From: a virus
Lineage: Duplodnaviria; Heunggongvirae; Uroviricota; Caudoviricetes
Length of the DNA: 64,000 nt
Reading direction: 5' to 3' (one strand)
Virus record (IMG/VR): IMGVR_UViG_3300027628_000007
In this document: one piece after another, positions 26,448 to 35,105 of the stretch
How the letters are laid out: each line of letters starts with the position of its first letter
How positions within the stretch are numbered: the stretch's first letter is position 1
Program-made: the position numbers and the translations under genes
The notes under the pieces: model-generated
Seen by the model: only the letters and a program-made list of their open reading frames with translations
What the model was told of the DNA's origin: nothing
Databases searched by the model: none

Positions 26448-26921
26448 TTTAAATTCAATAACATAGCTATACACATTATCATCACCCACAAATGGAACGC
26501 CTGCGTAGACACCTATATCTGTAATCTTGTCAGATTTAAATGTTCCTTCTATATATGTGGAGAAATAAATTGGATTAATTCTTACTATTACAGGATTACC
26601 AAAACGTGCTTGTGCCTGTAAACATTCTTCAATAAGTTTATTCTCATTTTTTGCAAATCCAAATGCGAATCGTTCATGTATCTTATTAGTTCCAAGACCC
26701 GCATCCGCAACTCTTTCTCTTATTATTTCTGTCTTCTCAACTACTGCCTGCATCACATATAAATTATTTGTTTCAAAAGATGCAAGATTTACAAATTCTT
26801 TCGCAAGTTCTTGCAATTTCACTTCTTCTAATCTATTTTCTTCTATCGTAGCTTTCGTTAAATCATTGCGATATTGCTCTACTAAGTAATTAATTGATTC
26901 TAATTGGTCTTTTCTAATCAT
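26439..26921 (-). CDS. hypothetical protein
   Basis: ORF track; followed by intrinsic terminator. Confidence 0.6.
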   Translation of the reverse strand: MIRKDQLESINYLVEQYRNDLTKATIEENRLEEVKLQELAKEFVNLASFETNNLYVMQAVVEKTEIIRERVADAGLGTNKIHERFAFGFAKNENKLIEECLQAQARFGNPVIVRINPIYFSTYIEGTFKSDKITDIGVYAGVPFVGDDNVYSYVIEFKKE

Positions 26922-26923
26922 AA

Positions 26924-27421
26924 TTACACCTCATACTTTCTTAATAGTTTTACAATTTTGTCAAGATGTGCTTTCTTATGTACACTGTCTGCTTTCCATG
27001 CCATACCAGACTCCATAATCCAGTTTGCATCAATAGGATGCCAACGTACCCATTTGCTAAATGTTACATATGTATTTTCAGAATCCAAACCTGTGTGCTC
27101 TGCTAGTTTCATAATCTGTTCATCTGTCACAGACTCATGAAACATTACGCTGAATGATTCACCATCTTTATGACCGTAACAGCAGAATTTTGTTTTCAAT
27201 CCAATTTCGAAATTGATTACGTCTAGCATCTCAATCATTTCTGGGTCAATCTCATCATATGGAATACCATGAGCGTTGAAGCGATGACGTAACGCTTTCT
27301 CAATCGTACTCTCTTTCATATCGTGGAAGCAACCATGACAAAGATTAGCCTTATGTGCATTACTTCCTTTTGTTACCTTTTCATAAGTTTGACAATTACC
27401 GCAACCGATTTCTACTTTCAT
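26924..27421 (-). CDS. hypothetical zinc-finger protein (CGNC...CHGC)
   Basis: Two CxxC pairs near the N-terminus. Confidence 0.55.
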   Translation of the reverse strand: MKVEIGCGNCQTYEKVTKGSNAHKANLCHGCFHDMKESTIEKALRHRFNAHGIPYDEIDPEMIEMLDVINFEIGLKTKFCCYGHKDGESFSVMFHESVTDEQIMKLAEHTGLDSENTYVTFSKWVRWHPIDANWIMESGMAWKADSVHKKAHLDKIVKLLRKYEV

Positions 27422-28026
27422 TATGCTGTTTCCTCCTGTTTACGTAGTTCATCTCGTACTTCCATTAACACTTGACCTAATAGGTTCATGCCTTTCCACT
27501 TCTTAGGGTCTTCTACGTCTGGATGGTCTTTATGCATACCGATTCCCCAGATTCTATCAGAAGGGCTTGCTTCCACAAGCATCTTATTACCTGTTGCAAG
27601 AATACATTTTTTCAAGAATGGTACAGAGAATTTATCCATTAACACTTCTTTGTAGATTCTCTTACGATTCTTCTGCCAAACATCTTCCTTGAATGGAATG
27701 TCATTGCTACGACCTAATAGCTTACAGTAACTTGGTGTATCGGCTTCTAAAATATCTTTTGCAACGTCTGTCGCACCAAATAACATAGCTTTACGATACA
27801 TTACCGCCTGCTCTGACCATAAGAATCGTATGCCTTGATGCCTGAATGGTGAGAAGTTAAAGTTTGAGTACACGCTGTCACCCATCCAGAAGAAGATAAA
27901 CTTATCAGTTTCTCTTGCATTCTGTCCAAGACCTCTTTTAACTCTACCGATTTTCGCATCAGTTTCACGCTTTTGCTTCAAGAATCGTTCTTGGTCTGCT
28001 TTTGTTAATTTAGGTTTCTCTCTCAT
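27421..28026 (-). CDS. NADAR (YbiA/DUF1768) domain protein - ADP-ribose processing N-glycosidase
   Basis: Collinear match to E. coli YbiA: FFW..G..SNF...PF......F...E...M.KA.LF......IL....P...K.LGR.......W......EV...KF.....LL.TG...LVE.SP.D..WG.G. Confidence 0.8.
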   Translation of the reverse strand: MREKPKLTKADQERFLKQKRETDAKIGRVKRGLGQNARETDKFIFFWMGDSVYSNFNFSPFRHQGIRFLWSEQAVMYRKAMLFGATDVAKDILEADTPSYCKLLGRSNDIPFKEDVWQKNRKRIYKEVLMDKFSVPFLKKCILATGNKMLVEASPSDRIWGIGMHKDHPDVEDPKKWKGMNLLGQVLMEVRDELRKQEETA

Positions 28027-28027
28027 G

Positions 28028-28495
28028 TTAACCTCCTAGTAATGATAATAGTCTAGTAATGTCTTTTGGTTGATGCCCATCATATTCTGGTGCAAATTCT
28101 AATTCTTTCACTTTAAATAAATCATAATCTTCTTCTCTGTAATGATATGAATACTGACCTTCTGGTGTATCGACTCCAACAATAAATGACCCATCAAACA
28201 TTGTGCCATCTGAATGTTGCCAAGACTTCCATGCTTTGTCTTTGTATGTATGACAGATTACTAAGAATAACATCATGCGATGATAATACAGTTCATCAAA
28301 AGTGTGATAGCCATCGCTAAACTCTCCAACTCTCATAACTAAATCAGCAGGAATATGATTATGTGTTCCGTCTAAAGTAACGGTTGAAACATCTTTTCTA
28401 GACCCAAAATTTTCAACATCTGTCTTAGTTATCTTATATATTGTTGGTAAATCTGATTTGAAAATAACCTTGTTGCCTGCTTTAAATTTACTCAT
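28028..28495 (-). CDS. hypothetical protein
   Basis: ORF track. Confidence 0.6.
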   Translation of the reverse strand: MSKFKAGNKVIFKSDLPTIYKITKTDVENFGSRKDVSTVTLDGTHNHIPADLVMRVGEFSDGYHTFDELYYHRMMLFLVICHTYKDKAWKSWQHSDGTMFDGSFIVGVDTPEGQYSYHYREEDYDLFKVKELEFAPEYDGHQPKDITRLLSLLGG

Positions 28496-29102
28496 CGTCT
28501 TCCTCCACTTCGAATCCGTCTACTTTAAACTCAACCATAACCATTTCATGGCACTCTACTTTATCTTCTGTCATCTCTGGAAACTCGCCTTCAACTAGAC
28601 TAATAATCTCTTGGAAGCAACCTCTTGTATCGTCTACAACCTCGTGAGCTTCAACTGTTACATAGATAACCCAATCCTCATCGCAATACCCAACGCTAGG
28701 CGTATAATCAAGGTCTTGGCTATCTAGAAACTCTTCTACTCTATCTGCTAATGCATCAAATTCTTCTAATTTATTTTTAACTGTTTCGTCAAAGATTTCA
28801 ACATCAAACACTTTACCATTTTCATCTATGTACTCAATTGTTAATTCTGTTAATGTGTGACAATTCCCATCCCAACCATTGTAAGGGATATCTAAGTCCA
28901 TAGGATTAGGATAGTTTTCTAATTCATGACTACCACCATAGTTCACTTGAAGATTTACTAATTCTCGAATACGTTCTTCAAATTCAAACTTACCAAAACG
29001 CATTGTGCTATACATGTAGTCTGCATCATTTGAATCTGCCTTAATTCTTACAATAAATGTATCTCTCATGTTTGAAACCTTTTCTGATAGTGTGTATCCC
29101 AT
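28488..29102 (-). CDS. hypothetical acidic protein
   Basis: ORF track. Confidence 0.6.
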   Translation of the reverse strand: MGYTLSEKVSNMRDTFIVRIKADSNDADYMYSTMRFGKFEFEERIRELVNLQVNYGGSHELENYPNPMDLDIPYNGWDGNCHTLTELTIEYIDENGKVFDVEIFDETVKNKLEEFDALADRVEEFLDSQDLDYTPSVGYCDEDWVIYVTVEAHEVVDDTRGCFQEIISLVEGEFPEMTEDKVECHEMVMVEFKVDGFEVEEDDE

Positions 29103-29150
29103 TAAAAATCTCTCCCTTTTTGTTAGTTTTTGTTTGATAAAAACATCATT

Positions 29151-29330
29151 TTATTCAACAAATTCTGCATGTAATCCATCTGAATTTAAGAAGTCACACA
29201 AGATTTCGAAATCATCACTTGAAACTACCATATCCCATGCAAGCCCCTCATAACCATAATCATCCTGCAACACTCGTACAGCATCATCAAATCTAGTAAA
29301 TTCATACTCTCCAAAGTTTACTACTAACAT
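29151..29330 (-). CDS. small hypothetical protein (59 aa, just below ORF-track threshold)
   Basis: RBS AAAGGAGTGtagaaagATG; translation MLVVNFGEYEFTRFDDAVRVLQDDYGYEGLAWDMVVSSDDFEILCDFLNSDGLHAEFVE. Confidence 0.45.
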   Translation of the reverse strand: MLVVNFGEYEFTRFDDAVRVLQDDYGYEGLAWDMVVSSDDFEILCDFLNSDGLHAEFVE

Positions 29331-29334
29331 CTTT

Positions 29335-29706
29335 CTACACTCCTTTATATGTATCTAAGATATCTTGAATGTTATGTAAGACACACTCAACATCTGTGAT
29401 AGAGCCATAGATTGAGCCACCGCTTGATGTAACATCAAACTTGAAATCTTTCACATCAGTGATAGGTACAACTGGCGTTGTATTTAAGATTAGTGTACCC
29501 TTTTTAAGCACTTCACCATCTCTACCTGTGTAATCTTCTTTCAGCTCTCTCAAACCAGTGCAACCTCTGACAATCTTTGTTTTCGAGTTAGGAATAGTGT
29601 AGTAGAATCCACCAGTACGCTTGTACTTATATACGTTGACAAGCACCCCTTCCTTTACTCTCCAAACATCTGCAATTGCATGTGATTTAATTTTTTCCAT
29701 CTGCAA
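29335..29706 (-). CDS. hypothetical protein
   Basis: ORF track. Confidence 0.6.
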   Translation of the reverse strand: MQMEKIKSHAIADVWRVKEGVLVNVYKYKRTGGFYYTIPNSKTKIVRGCTGLRELKEDYTGRDGEVLKKGTLILNTTPVVPITDVKDFKFDVTSSGGSIYGSITDVECVLHNIQDILDTYKGV

Positions 29707-29923
29707 ATCTCCATTCGTTAGATTTTAGATTTTCTGTTCGGATAAACATTGGCGTACCGTTGTTCATAAACTCAATAATCATCAGTTTACCTTTTAGATA
29801 ATCTGGGCATTCACCAATGAATGTTGACTCTGCACTTACAACTTCATATTGACCACCGTAAGCGAATGAATCACCTGTATACTCAATGAAATCTCCTTCT
29901 TGCACTTTTGAGAAATCAATCAT
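29687..29923 (-). CDS. hypothetical protein
   Basis: ORF track; perfect promoter upstream. Confidence 0.6.
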   Translation of the reverse strand: MIDFSKVQEGDFIEYTGDSFAYGGQYEVVSAESTFIGECPDYLKGKLMIIEFMNNGTPMFIRTENLKSNEWRFADGKN

Positions 29924-29943
29924 ATTATTTCCTCCACATTCAT

Positions 29944-29972
29944 ATTATATAATTATCATTTGTTTTTGTCAA
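29944..29972 (-). promoter_or_regulatory. sigmaA-type promoter, perfect TTGACA-17-TATAAT
   Basis: attata taattatcatttgtttt tgtcaa. Confidence 0.7.
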
Positions 29973-30146
29973 CACCTTATTCACTAAATTCTTTCACGAA
30001 TGCATCGAAAAACTCTTTGCTAACTTCCTGCTTACTTGTGCTACCCCAATCATCTAATGCTAAATAATACTTACCATCACTTTCATATACGTGCACAGTT
30101 CCATAATAATTGCTTACAGTTGTATATACTTCCATCATATCACTCC

Positions 30147-30494
30147 TTAGTCTATTTCTACGAAACTTACTGACTCTGAATAATAACCGTTAGAAGAGCC
30201 ATACCATCTGATTGTTACATACCCACGCACTGTTGCAAGTTTATAGAAAGTCCATGTGCCACTCTCATATGCATCTGGGTCATCCTCTGAAACCTCTTCT
30301 GCCATTGTTACAGGGTTTCCAATTAAATCATCTAAGTCACCAATGATATCTTCTATGTATACACTTTCACAACAATCTTGCCAATGATACATTCTATATC
30401 TACAATCATCAGATGTGTGGAAGATTAATTCGTCACCCAGATTATCAATCTTAGTAATCGTTTTACCTATTAACATTTCAAATTCAGTATACAT
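30147..30494 (-). CDS. hypothetical protein
   Basis: ORF track. Confidence 0.6.
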   Translation of the reverse strand: MYTEFEMLIGKTITKIDNLGDELIFHTSDDCRYRMYHWQDCCESVYIEDIIGDLDDLIGNPVTMAEEVSEDDPDAYESGTWTFYKLATVRGYVTIRWYGSSNGYYSESVSFVEID

Positions 30495-30515
30495 ATAATT
30501 CCTCCTAGTTTTAGA

Positions 30516-30719
30516 TTAGCCTGCACAGAAGCTATCGTGAATAATTCCTTCTTTATCTTGTTTAACCTCTTCAACCGTTACACGTTCTTCCGAAAAGTAG
30601 GATTGAAATTTAATAGCATGTTCCAATGCGTTCTCTTTATTTTTAGCTAAAACCACTACTGAATCATACTCATCCCAATCAACATCTTGACCATCTCTTC
30701 TAACTAAATATATATTCAT
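30516..30719 (-). CDS. hypothetical protein
   Basis: ORF track. Confidence 0.55.
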   Translation of the reverse strand: MNIYLVRRDGQDVDWDEYDSVVVLAKNKENALEHAIKFQSYFSEERVTVEEVKQDKEGIIHDSFCAG

Positions 30720-30723
30720 ACTA

Positions 30724-31029
30724 TCATCCTCTCTTTTTTGTTCCGTCTAAGTAATGCACAATCCAATTTGTTTCTTCTTCAATTGGGCTACCATATAATT
30801 CTGGGCGGTCTGTTGCTTCATCTTCGTCCCAATGGTCGCTCCATCTATCACCGCAACAATCACAATCAAATCCTTTTTCACAACCGTCAAAGTAGATTCC
30901 AATATTTTGTGCAGTGAAATTTGCTTCTGCGAAGCTTTCCGCTTCAATAACTACAACCACATCAACATTATCATCTTGGTCAAAGAATCCACCAGAGTTA
31001 TTTTGTCTGTAAGTGTAAAATTTTGCCAT
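30724..31029 (-). CDS. hypothetical Cys-rich protein (CDCCGDRW)
   Basis: ORF track. Confidence 0.55.
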   Translation of the reverse strand: MAKFYTYRQNNSGGFFDQDDNVDVVVVIEAESFAEANFTAQNIGIYFDGCEKGFDCDCCGDRWSDHWDEDEATDRPELYGSPIEEETNWIVHYLDGTKKRG

Positions 31030-31056
31030 ACTATCATCTCCTTATAAAATTATCCT

Positions 31057-31212
31057 TTTATTCATTGTGCTTCTCCCATAGTTCCCATAAGCAACGTGCA
31101 TGACAAGCATATAAATCAAAATGTTTAAGTTTAACATATGTTTTTTTATTACAGATACTACATTTATGCTTTTCTTTTAATTCAACTAACTCTACAAACT
31201 TAGTAAAATCCA
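31057..31212 (-). CDS. small zinc-ribbon protein (about 51 aa), not in ORF track
   Basis: RBS GAGGTGtgggATG; CSIC...CHARC. Coordinates approximate. Confidence 0.45.
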
Positions 31213-31231
31213 TCCCACACCTCATAAAAGT

Positions 31232-31396
31232 ATCATTTTAATAAAAGTCTCTCCAACTCATACCAAATGTTGTATGCCCACAACTTACACCGCAAAATCC
31301 ATATCGCATAGCATATCTATCTCTTGCATCCATTTGTTTACCACAGCCTGTACAAACTTCGTACACCTTAGTAAATCTCCAACGTTGTTTCTTCAA
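31232..31396 (-). CDS. small zinc-ribbon protein (about 54 aa, TTG start), not in ORF track
   Basis: RBS AGAGGTGGtataTTG; CTGC...CGVSC. Coordinates approximate. Confidence 0.4.
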
Positions 31397-31406
31397 TATA
31401 CCACCT

Positions 31407-31790
31407 CTAGATTATTATATTTAAAGACTTCAATACATCTATCTCTGAATCTGTTACACCTTCTTTGACTAACGACCATCCAACATGTGTTACACCATAA
31501 TAAGCATCGTCAACATCAGCATCTTCATCATTCACTTCTCCACACAATCTAATCATCTTATCCTTGAATGTTTCTGTTCCTACAACATTGTAATCACTGT
31601 CATAAACATCATATTCATATTCTTCTCTGTCTGCCCATGAGTTATAAAGTGTTCCACCTTGTGGGAGTATTGGCTCTGATTTAATCCACTCATAAACGCC
31701 CTCATCATCATTAGCTACTATGTATCCAAAAATACCATCTTCACTGCCCCTTTGAGCATAGTGAGTAAAATCAACGCTATATAAATTCAT
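31407..31790 (-). CDS. hypothetical acidic protein
   Basis: ORF track. Confidence 0.6.
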   Translation of the reverse strand: MNLYSVDFTHYAQRGSEDGIFGYIVANDDEGVYEWIKSEPILPQGGTLYNSWADREEYEYDVYDSDYNVVGTETFKDKMIRLCGEVNDEDADVDDAYYGVTHVGWSLVKEGVTDSEIDVLKSLNIII

Positions 31791-31801
31791 CTAATCAGCT
31801 C

Positions 31802-31984
31802 CTACTCTTCGTCTTCGTCATCCCAATTAAACTCTGTTTCCTCATTAGAAACTTCTACTAAGCTCCATTGCATTACGCCTTCAACATTGAATAATTCGTG
31901 GTCAATTTGTGCAACCATATTCTTTCCATGTTGTAGCTCATTCTCATCAAATATTACCCAACCCTTTAATTCTACTTTTCTCAT
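31802..31984 (-). CDS. hypothetical protein
   Basis: ORF track. Confidence 0.55.
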   Translation of the reverse strand: MRKVELKGWVIFDENELQHGKNMVAQIDHELFNVEGVMQWSLVEVSNEETEFNWDDEDEE

Positions 31985-31994
31985 TTTATCTCTC

Positions 31995-32204
31995 CTATTC
32001 TTCTATTAACTTAAATTCAAATGATTCTAAATACTGCTTTACTCTATGACCTCTGACTTCACCGATGAAAACATAATCGTAATACCCTTCTTCTTCGTCA
32101 ATGATTCCATCTTCTACAAATTCAATCTCTGCACCAGTTTTAAAATAATTATCGTCAGATTCAAGTGCTATTGCTTTTGCTCCAATTTTAATATCCAGTT
32201 TCAT
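31995..32204 (-). CDS. hypothetical protein
   Basis: ORF track. Confidence 0.55.
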   Translation of the reverse strand: MKLDIKIGAKAIALESDDNYFKTGAEIEFVEDGIIDEEEGYYDYVFIGEVRGHRVKQYLESFEFKLIEE

Positions 32205-32784
32205 ATGTATCTTCCTCCTTTGGAAATTTAATATTTCTTAACGTATGTGGTATAACCAACTTCTTACCAATCTGTTCAAGTCTTATGTAGCCCTTCCTAG
32301 CAAGCGACTCTAGCATTCTCATTACTGTATCTCTATTCTTTATCTTGATACCATCTGCTAGAGCATCAATGTCAGTAGTAGTTTTCCAATAACCAACATC
32401 TGAATGCATTACTATGAAAGCGTATAGCTTGTATTCCTTCTTAGTCATTGTATCATTATCTTTTACTTTTGTCCACAACTCTTCTAAAATAAAATTGAAA
32501 TTATCACTTCTTTTTTCCATCACGTTATACCTCGGACTATATTTATTTATGAGATAGAGTTCATAGACTTTCATTTCGCTCTCACTTTGCAACTCCATGT
32601 ATTCTACGACTGCACACTCATCATAGCACTCTCTAGGAAGGTGACCTTCCTTAGAGAAGTGCTCTTGCTCTAGTCTTCGTTTCAGATTGTTAGTTCTGCC
32701 TATGTATATAATATCATTATGTTTATCTAGAAATCTGTAGACATAGAAACTATTCTTCGTCAATCTCTTCCAACAACTTCTCAA
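32188..32784 (-). CDS. GIY-YIG homing endonuclease-like protein with C-terminal winged-helix
   Basis: FYVYRFLDKHNDIIYIGRTNNLKRRLEQH (GIY...YIG...R...E/QH) and YELYLINKYSPRYN. Start approximate. Confidence 0.8.
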   Translation of the reverse strand: MRSCWKRLTKNSFYVYRFLDKHNDIIYIGRTNNLKRRLEQEHFSKEGHLPRECYDECAVVEYMELQSESEMKVYELYLINKYSPRYNVMEKRSDNFNFILEELWTKVKDNDTMTKKEYKLYAFIVMHSDVGYWKTTTDIDALADGIKIKNRDTVMRMLESLARKGYIRLEQIGKKLVIPHTLRNIKFPKEEDTYETGY

Positions 32785-33121
32785 TAGCTTTTGGGTCTAA
32801 CTTTAACAGATACATAACTTCTGCCAAAGAATACCAATCTTTATCTAGTGTTAAATTATCAAATGTCACCTCTTTAAATGTGTCCCATAAAATCTCTGTA
32901 TCACAAACATTATCAGAAGTATGACTCTTATATTCATAAGAATATCTCTTACCTTTGTATGCAAACGTTACTTCATGATAGTTATACCATCCACTATTGT
33001 AGCTGATACTATCATCATAATCCGTTACGCCTTCGTAATCCTCAATCTCCCACATATTAATTTCGCCATATTCCTCAAACTCATCTGCAAAAACCTCAAC
33101 TATTAAATCATCTCCACGCAT
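32750..33121 (-). CDS. hypothetical acidic protein
   Basis: ORF track. Confidence 0.6.
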   Translation of the reverse strand: MRGDDLIVEVFADEFEEYGEINMWEIEDYEGVTDYDDSISYNSGWYNYHEVTFAYKGKRYSYEYKSHTSDNVCDTEILWDTFKEVTFDNLTLDKDWYSLAEVMYLLKLDPKAIEKLLEEIDEE

Positions 33122-33123
33122 AT

Positions 33124-33426
33124 CTACTCCTCCTTGTATGGTGCTCCACCGATTTTATGCTCACTAATCTCAAACTGCTTAAACCACTCTACAGCATGAT
33201 ATTGAAAAGCAAGACTATGCTCAAATCTGTCATTAACAGTGAATGATGTCCACTTGACTTCCATTCTATCAATCTTATCAAAATCAGAATATCTCATCTT
33301 GACTTCACTTGGGTGCAACCATGCACTATTCTTAATCTTCCAATTGTAAATTTTCCCATCTAACAACAGCACACTGGCGAATACTTTGTGTGGATACTCA
33401 TTAAAGTTACTCCAAGTTTCCTCCAT
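33124..33426 (-). CDS. hypothetical protein
   Basis: ORF track. Confidence 0.6.
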   Translation of the reverse strand: MEETWSNFNEYPHKVFASVLLLDGKIYNWKIKNSAWLHPSEVKMRYSDFDKIDRMEVKWTSFTVNDRFEHSLAFQYHAVEWFKQFEISEHKIGGAPYKEE

Positions 33427-33433
33427 GCTACCC

Positions 33434-33790
33434 CTACTTTCTGTTTGATGTTAATGTAACGCTAACAACGTCTTTACCATCTGTCACAACGTCAAATCTT
33501 AAATCCTTTTCTTTGTTTACCATTCTAGCAGTGTTTAGGATTCTTTCTACATCTTCATACAAAGCAGTAGATACTCTAAATTTTGTAGCACTGCCCTCTT
33601 TCTCAAAATAGATTACATATGAAGAATACCGACCTGCATTTTCAGAATCAAGTTTGGATACTCTTGCATCTGTAATTGTTACATTTTCATTGATGTTTTT
33701 ATATTCACTCTCAACTCCACAACCTGCCAATATGTTTATTGTTAAAACAGTAGACATAGTTAGTAAAAAGAATTTCTTCATCCAATTCAT
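33434..33790 (-). CDS. lipoprotein (lipobox LAGC), paralog A
   Basis: Signal peptide + LAGC; C-terminus ...VVTDGKDVVSVTLTSNRK. Confidence 0.7.
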   Translation of the reverse strand: MNWMKKFFLLTMSTVLTINILAGCGVESEYKNINENVTITDARVSKLDSENAGRYSSYVIYFEKEGSATKFRVSTALYEDVERILNTARMVNKEKDLRFDVVTDGKDVVSVTLTSNRK

Positions 33791-33798
33791 TTACCTAC

Positions 33799-34149
33799 CT
33801 ACTTTCTATTAGATGATAATGTTACGTTGTAAATCCTATTTCCATCAGTGACAATATCGAAATATGCTTCTTCTGGTTTATTGATGAATTTTGCAGTCTT
33901 TAATACATTCTGAATATCTATGTATATCTCTTTTTTAACATATGATTCAAACAATGTATCACTACCTTCTTTCTTAAACCAGACTTGATACCATAGGTAC
34001 TTACTACCACCGCTATCTGTCTTTACCACCTGTACGTCTGTGATAATATATGTTTTATTAATATCGAAATGTGGAGGTTTATTAACCTCACATCCTGCCA
34101 ACAAAGATGTTGCTACTAAGAGGATAATGGCAATTAGTGTTTTATTCAT
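33799..34149 (-). CDS. lipoprotein (lipobox LAGC), paralog B
   Basis: Signal peptide + LAGC; C-terminus ...IVTDGNRIYNVTLSSNRK, clearly homologous to 33434..33790. Confidence 0.7.
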   Translation of the reverse strand: MNKTLIAIILLVATSLLAGCEVNKPPHFDINKTYIITDVQVVKTDSGGSKYLWYQVWFKKEGSDTLFESYVKKEIYIDIQNVLKTAKFINKPEEAYFDIVTDGNRIYNVTLSSNRK

Positions 34150-34167
34150 TTCCTCTCACCTCATGTT

Positions 34168-34398
34168 TTACTTCTTACTACACTCCCTGTTTTCAGTTTC
34201 ATAGATGAAAGGCACATCTCCTGCCATCATTACTTGTTGCGTATACTTACCTGTGCCCTCCATCTTACCACCGTTATCTTCACACATCTTCTCTTCTGTC
34301 CAAGCACCGATGACTGCAATTCCAAGAAGAAGGATAAGACTCAAACCAATAGCCATCATCCACTTATCTTCGAAAAACAAATCCATCAAATCTTTCAC
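34168..34398 (-). CDS. small membrane protein
   Basis: One TM helix (AIGLSLILLLGIAVIGAW). Confidence 0.55.
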   Translation of the reverse strand: MKDLMDLFFEDKWMMAIGLSLILLLGIAVIGAWTEEKMCEDNGGKMEGTGKYTQQVMMAGDVPFIYETENRECSKK

Positions 34399-34409
34399 GT
34401 TATCACTCC

Positions 34410-34868
34410 TTAGAGTTTGTATAATGTTACTTCATAACCGTCAAAAGCTTTGTCTATTAACTTATAAACCTCTGTCCAATCCGCTCCACCTCTATCACTA
34501 CCAATTAGGTATGGAAGTGCAACAGATAAGGCATATGATTCTGCAAAATCTCTTAAATCCTTCATAGCTTTATAGAGAGCCATTGTCTTTGTGTATTGAT
34601 TCCCATCTCCACCATATGTAAGCTGACCAAAAAGATTTGCAACCACCTTGCCATCCATCAGTACAAGATGACATTTCCCTAACAATTCTGTCCTAGAGTT
34701 CTCTTTCACAAAGTTTGTCACATATTCAACATAAGTTGTATAGGCTTCTGGGAAGGATTGGCGTATGCATTTCGCAACGCCACTTCCCATAACACCCATC
34801 GCATTCACTTGATGACCAATGACATCCTCACTGGCTTCCATTAAATCTCCATTAACAATCTTAATCAC
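34410..34868 (-). CDS. macrodomain protein, DarG/TARG1-like (ADP-ribosyl hydrolase)
   Basis: N-terminal IVNGDLMEASEDVIGHQVNAMGVMGSGVAKCIRQSFP follows the GD...aH.vN..G..G.GvA pattern of DarG/TARG1-type macrodomains. Confidence 0.7.
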   Translation of the reverse strand: MIKIVNGDLMEASEDVIGHQVNAMGVMGSGVAKCIRQSFPEAYTTYVEYVTNFVKENSRTELLGKCHLVLMDGKVVANLFGQLTYGGDGNQYTKTMALYKAMKDLRDFAESYALSVALPYLIGSDRGGADWTEVYKLIDKAFDGYEVTLYKL

Positions 34869-34887
34869 TTAATCATCTCCTTGAATA

Positions 34888-34916
34888 CAATATACCATTA
34901 TTTTTTGCTTTCGTCA
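34888..34916 (-). promoter_or_regulatory. sigmaA-type promoter (TTGACG-17-TATATT) upstream of macrodomain gene
   Basis: Family spacer. Confidence 0.5.
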
Positions 34917-35095
34917 ACAACTTCTGCATATTCTTCTGCAATTTTTATCAAAATTTCTTCTGCTTCGTTTCTAGTAATTAAACCGTCTATGTAATCTGAA
35001 AACACACCTTTTATCTTGCGTGACAAAATAACCTTTTTCATTCTAGCAGGCGATATTTCATTCATGATGTCATCAATTCTTCCCATATAAATCAC
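34898..35095 (-). CDS. hypothetical protein
   Basis: ORF track. Confidence 0.55.
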   Translation of the reverse strand: MIYMGRIDDIMNEISPARMKKVILSRKIKGVFSDYIDGLITRNEAEEILIKIAEEYAEVVDESKK

Positions 35096-35105
35096 TCCTA
35101 AGAGT

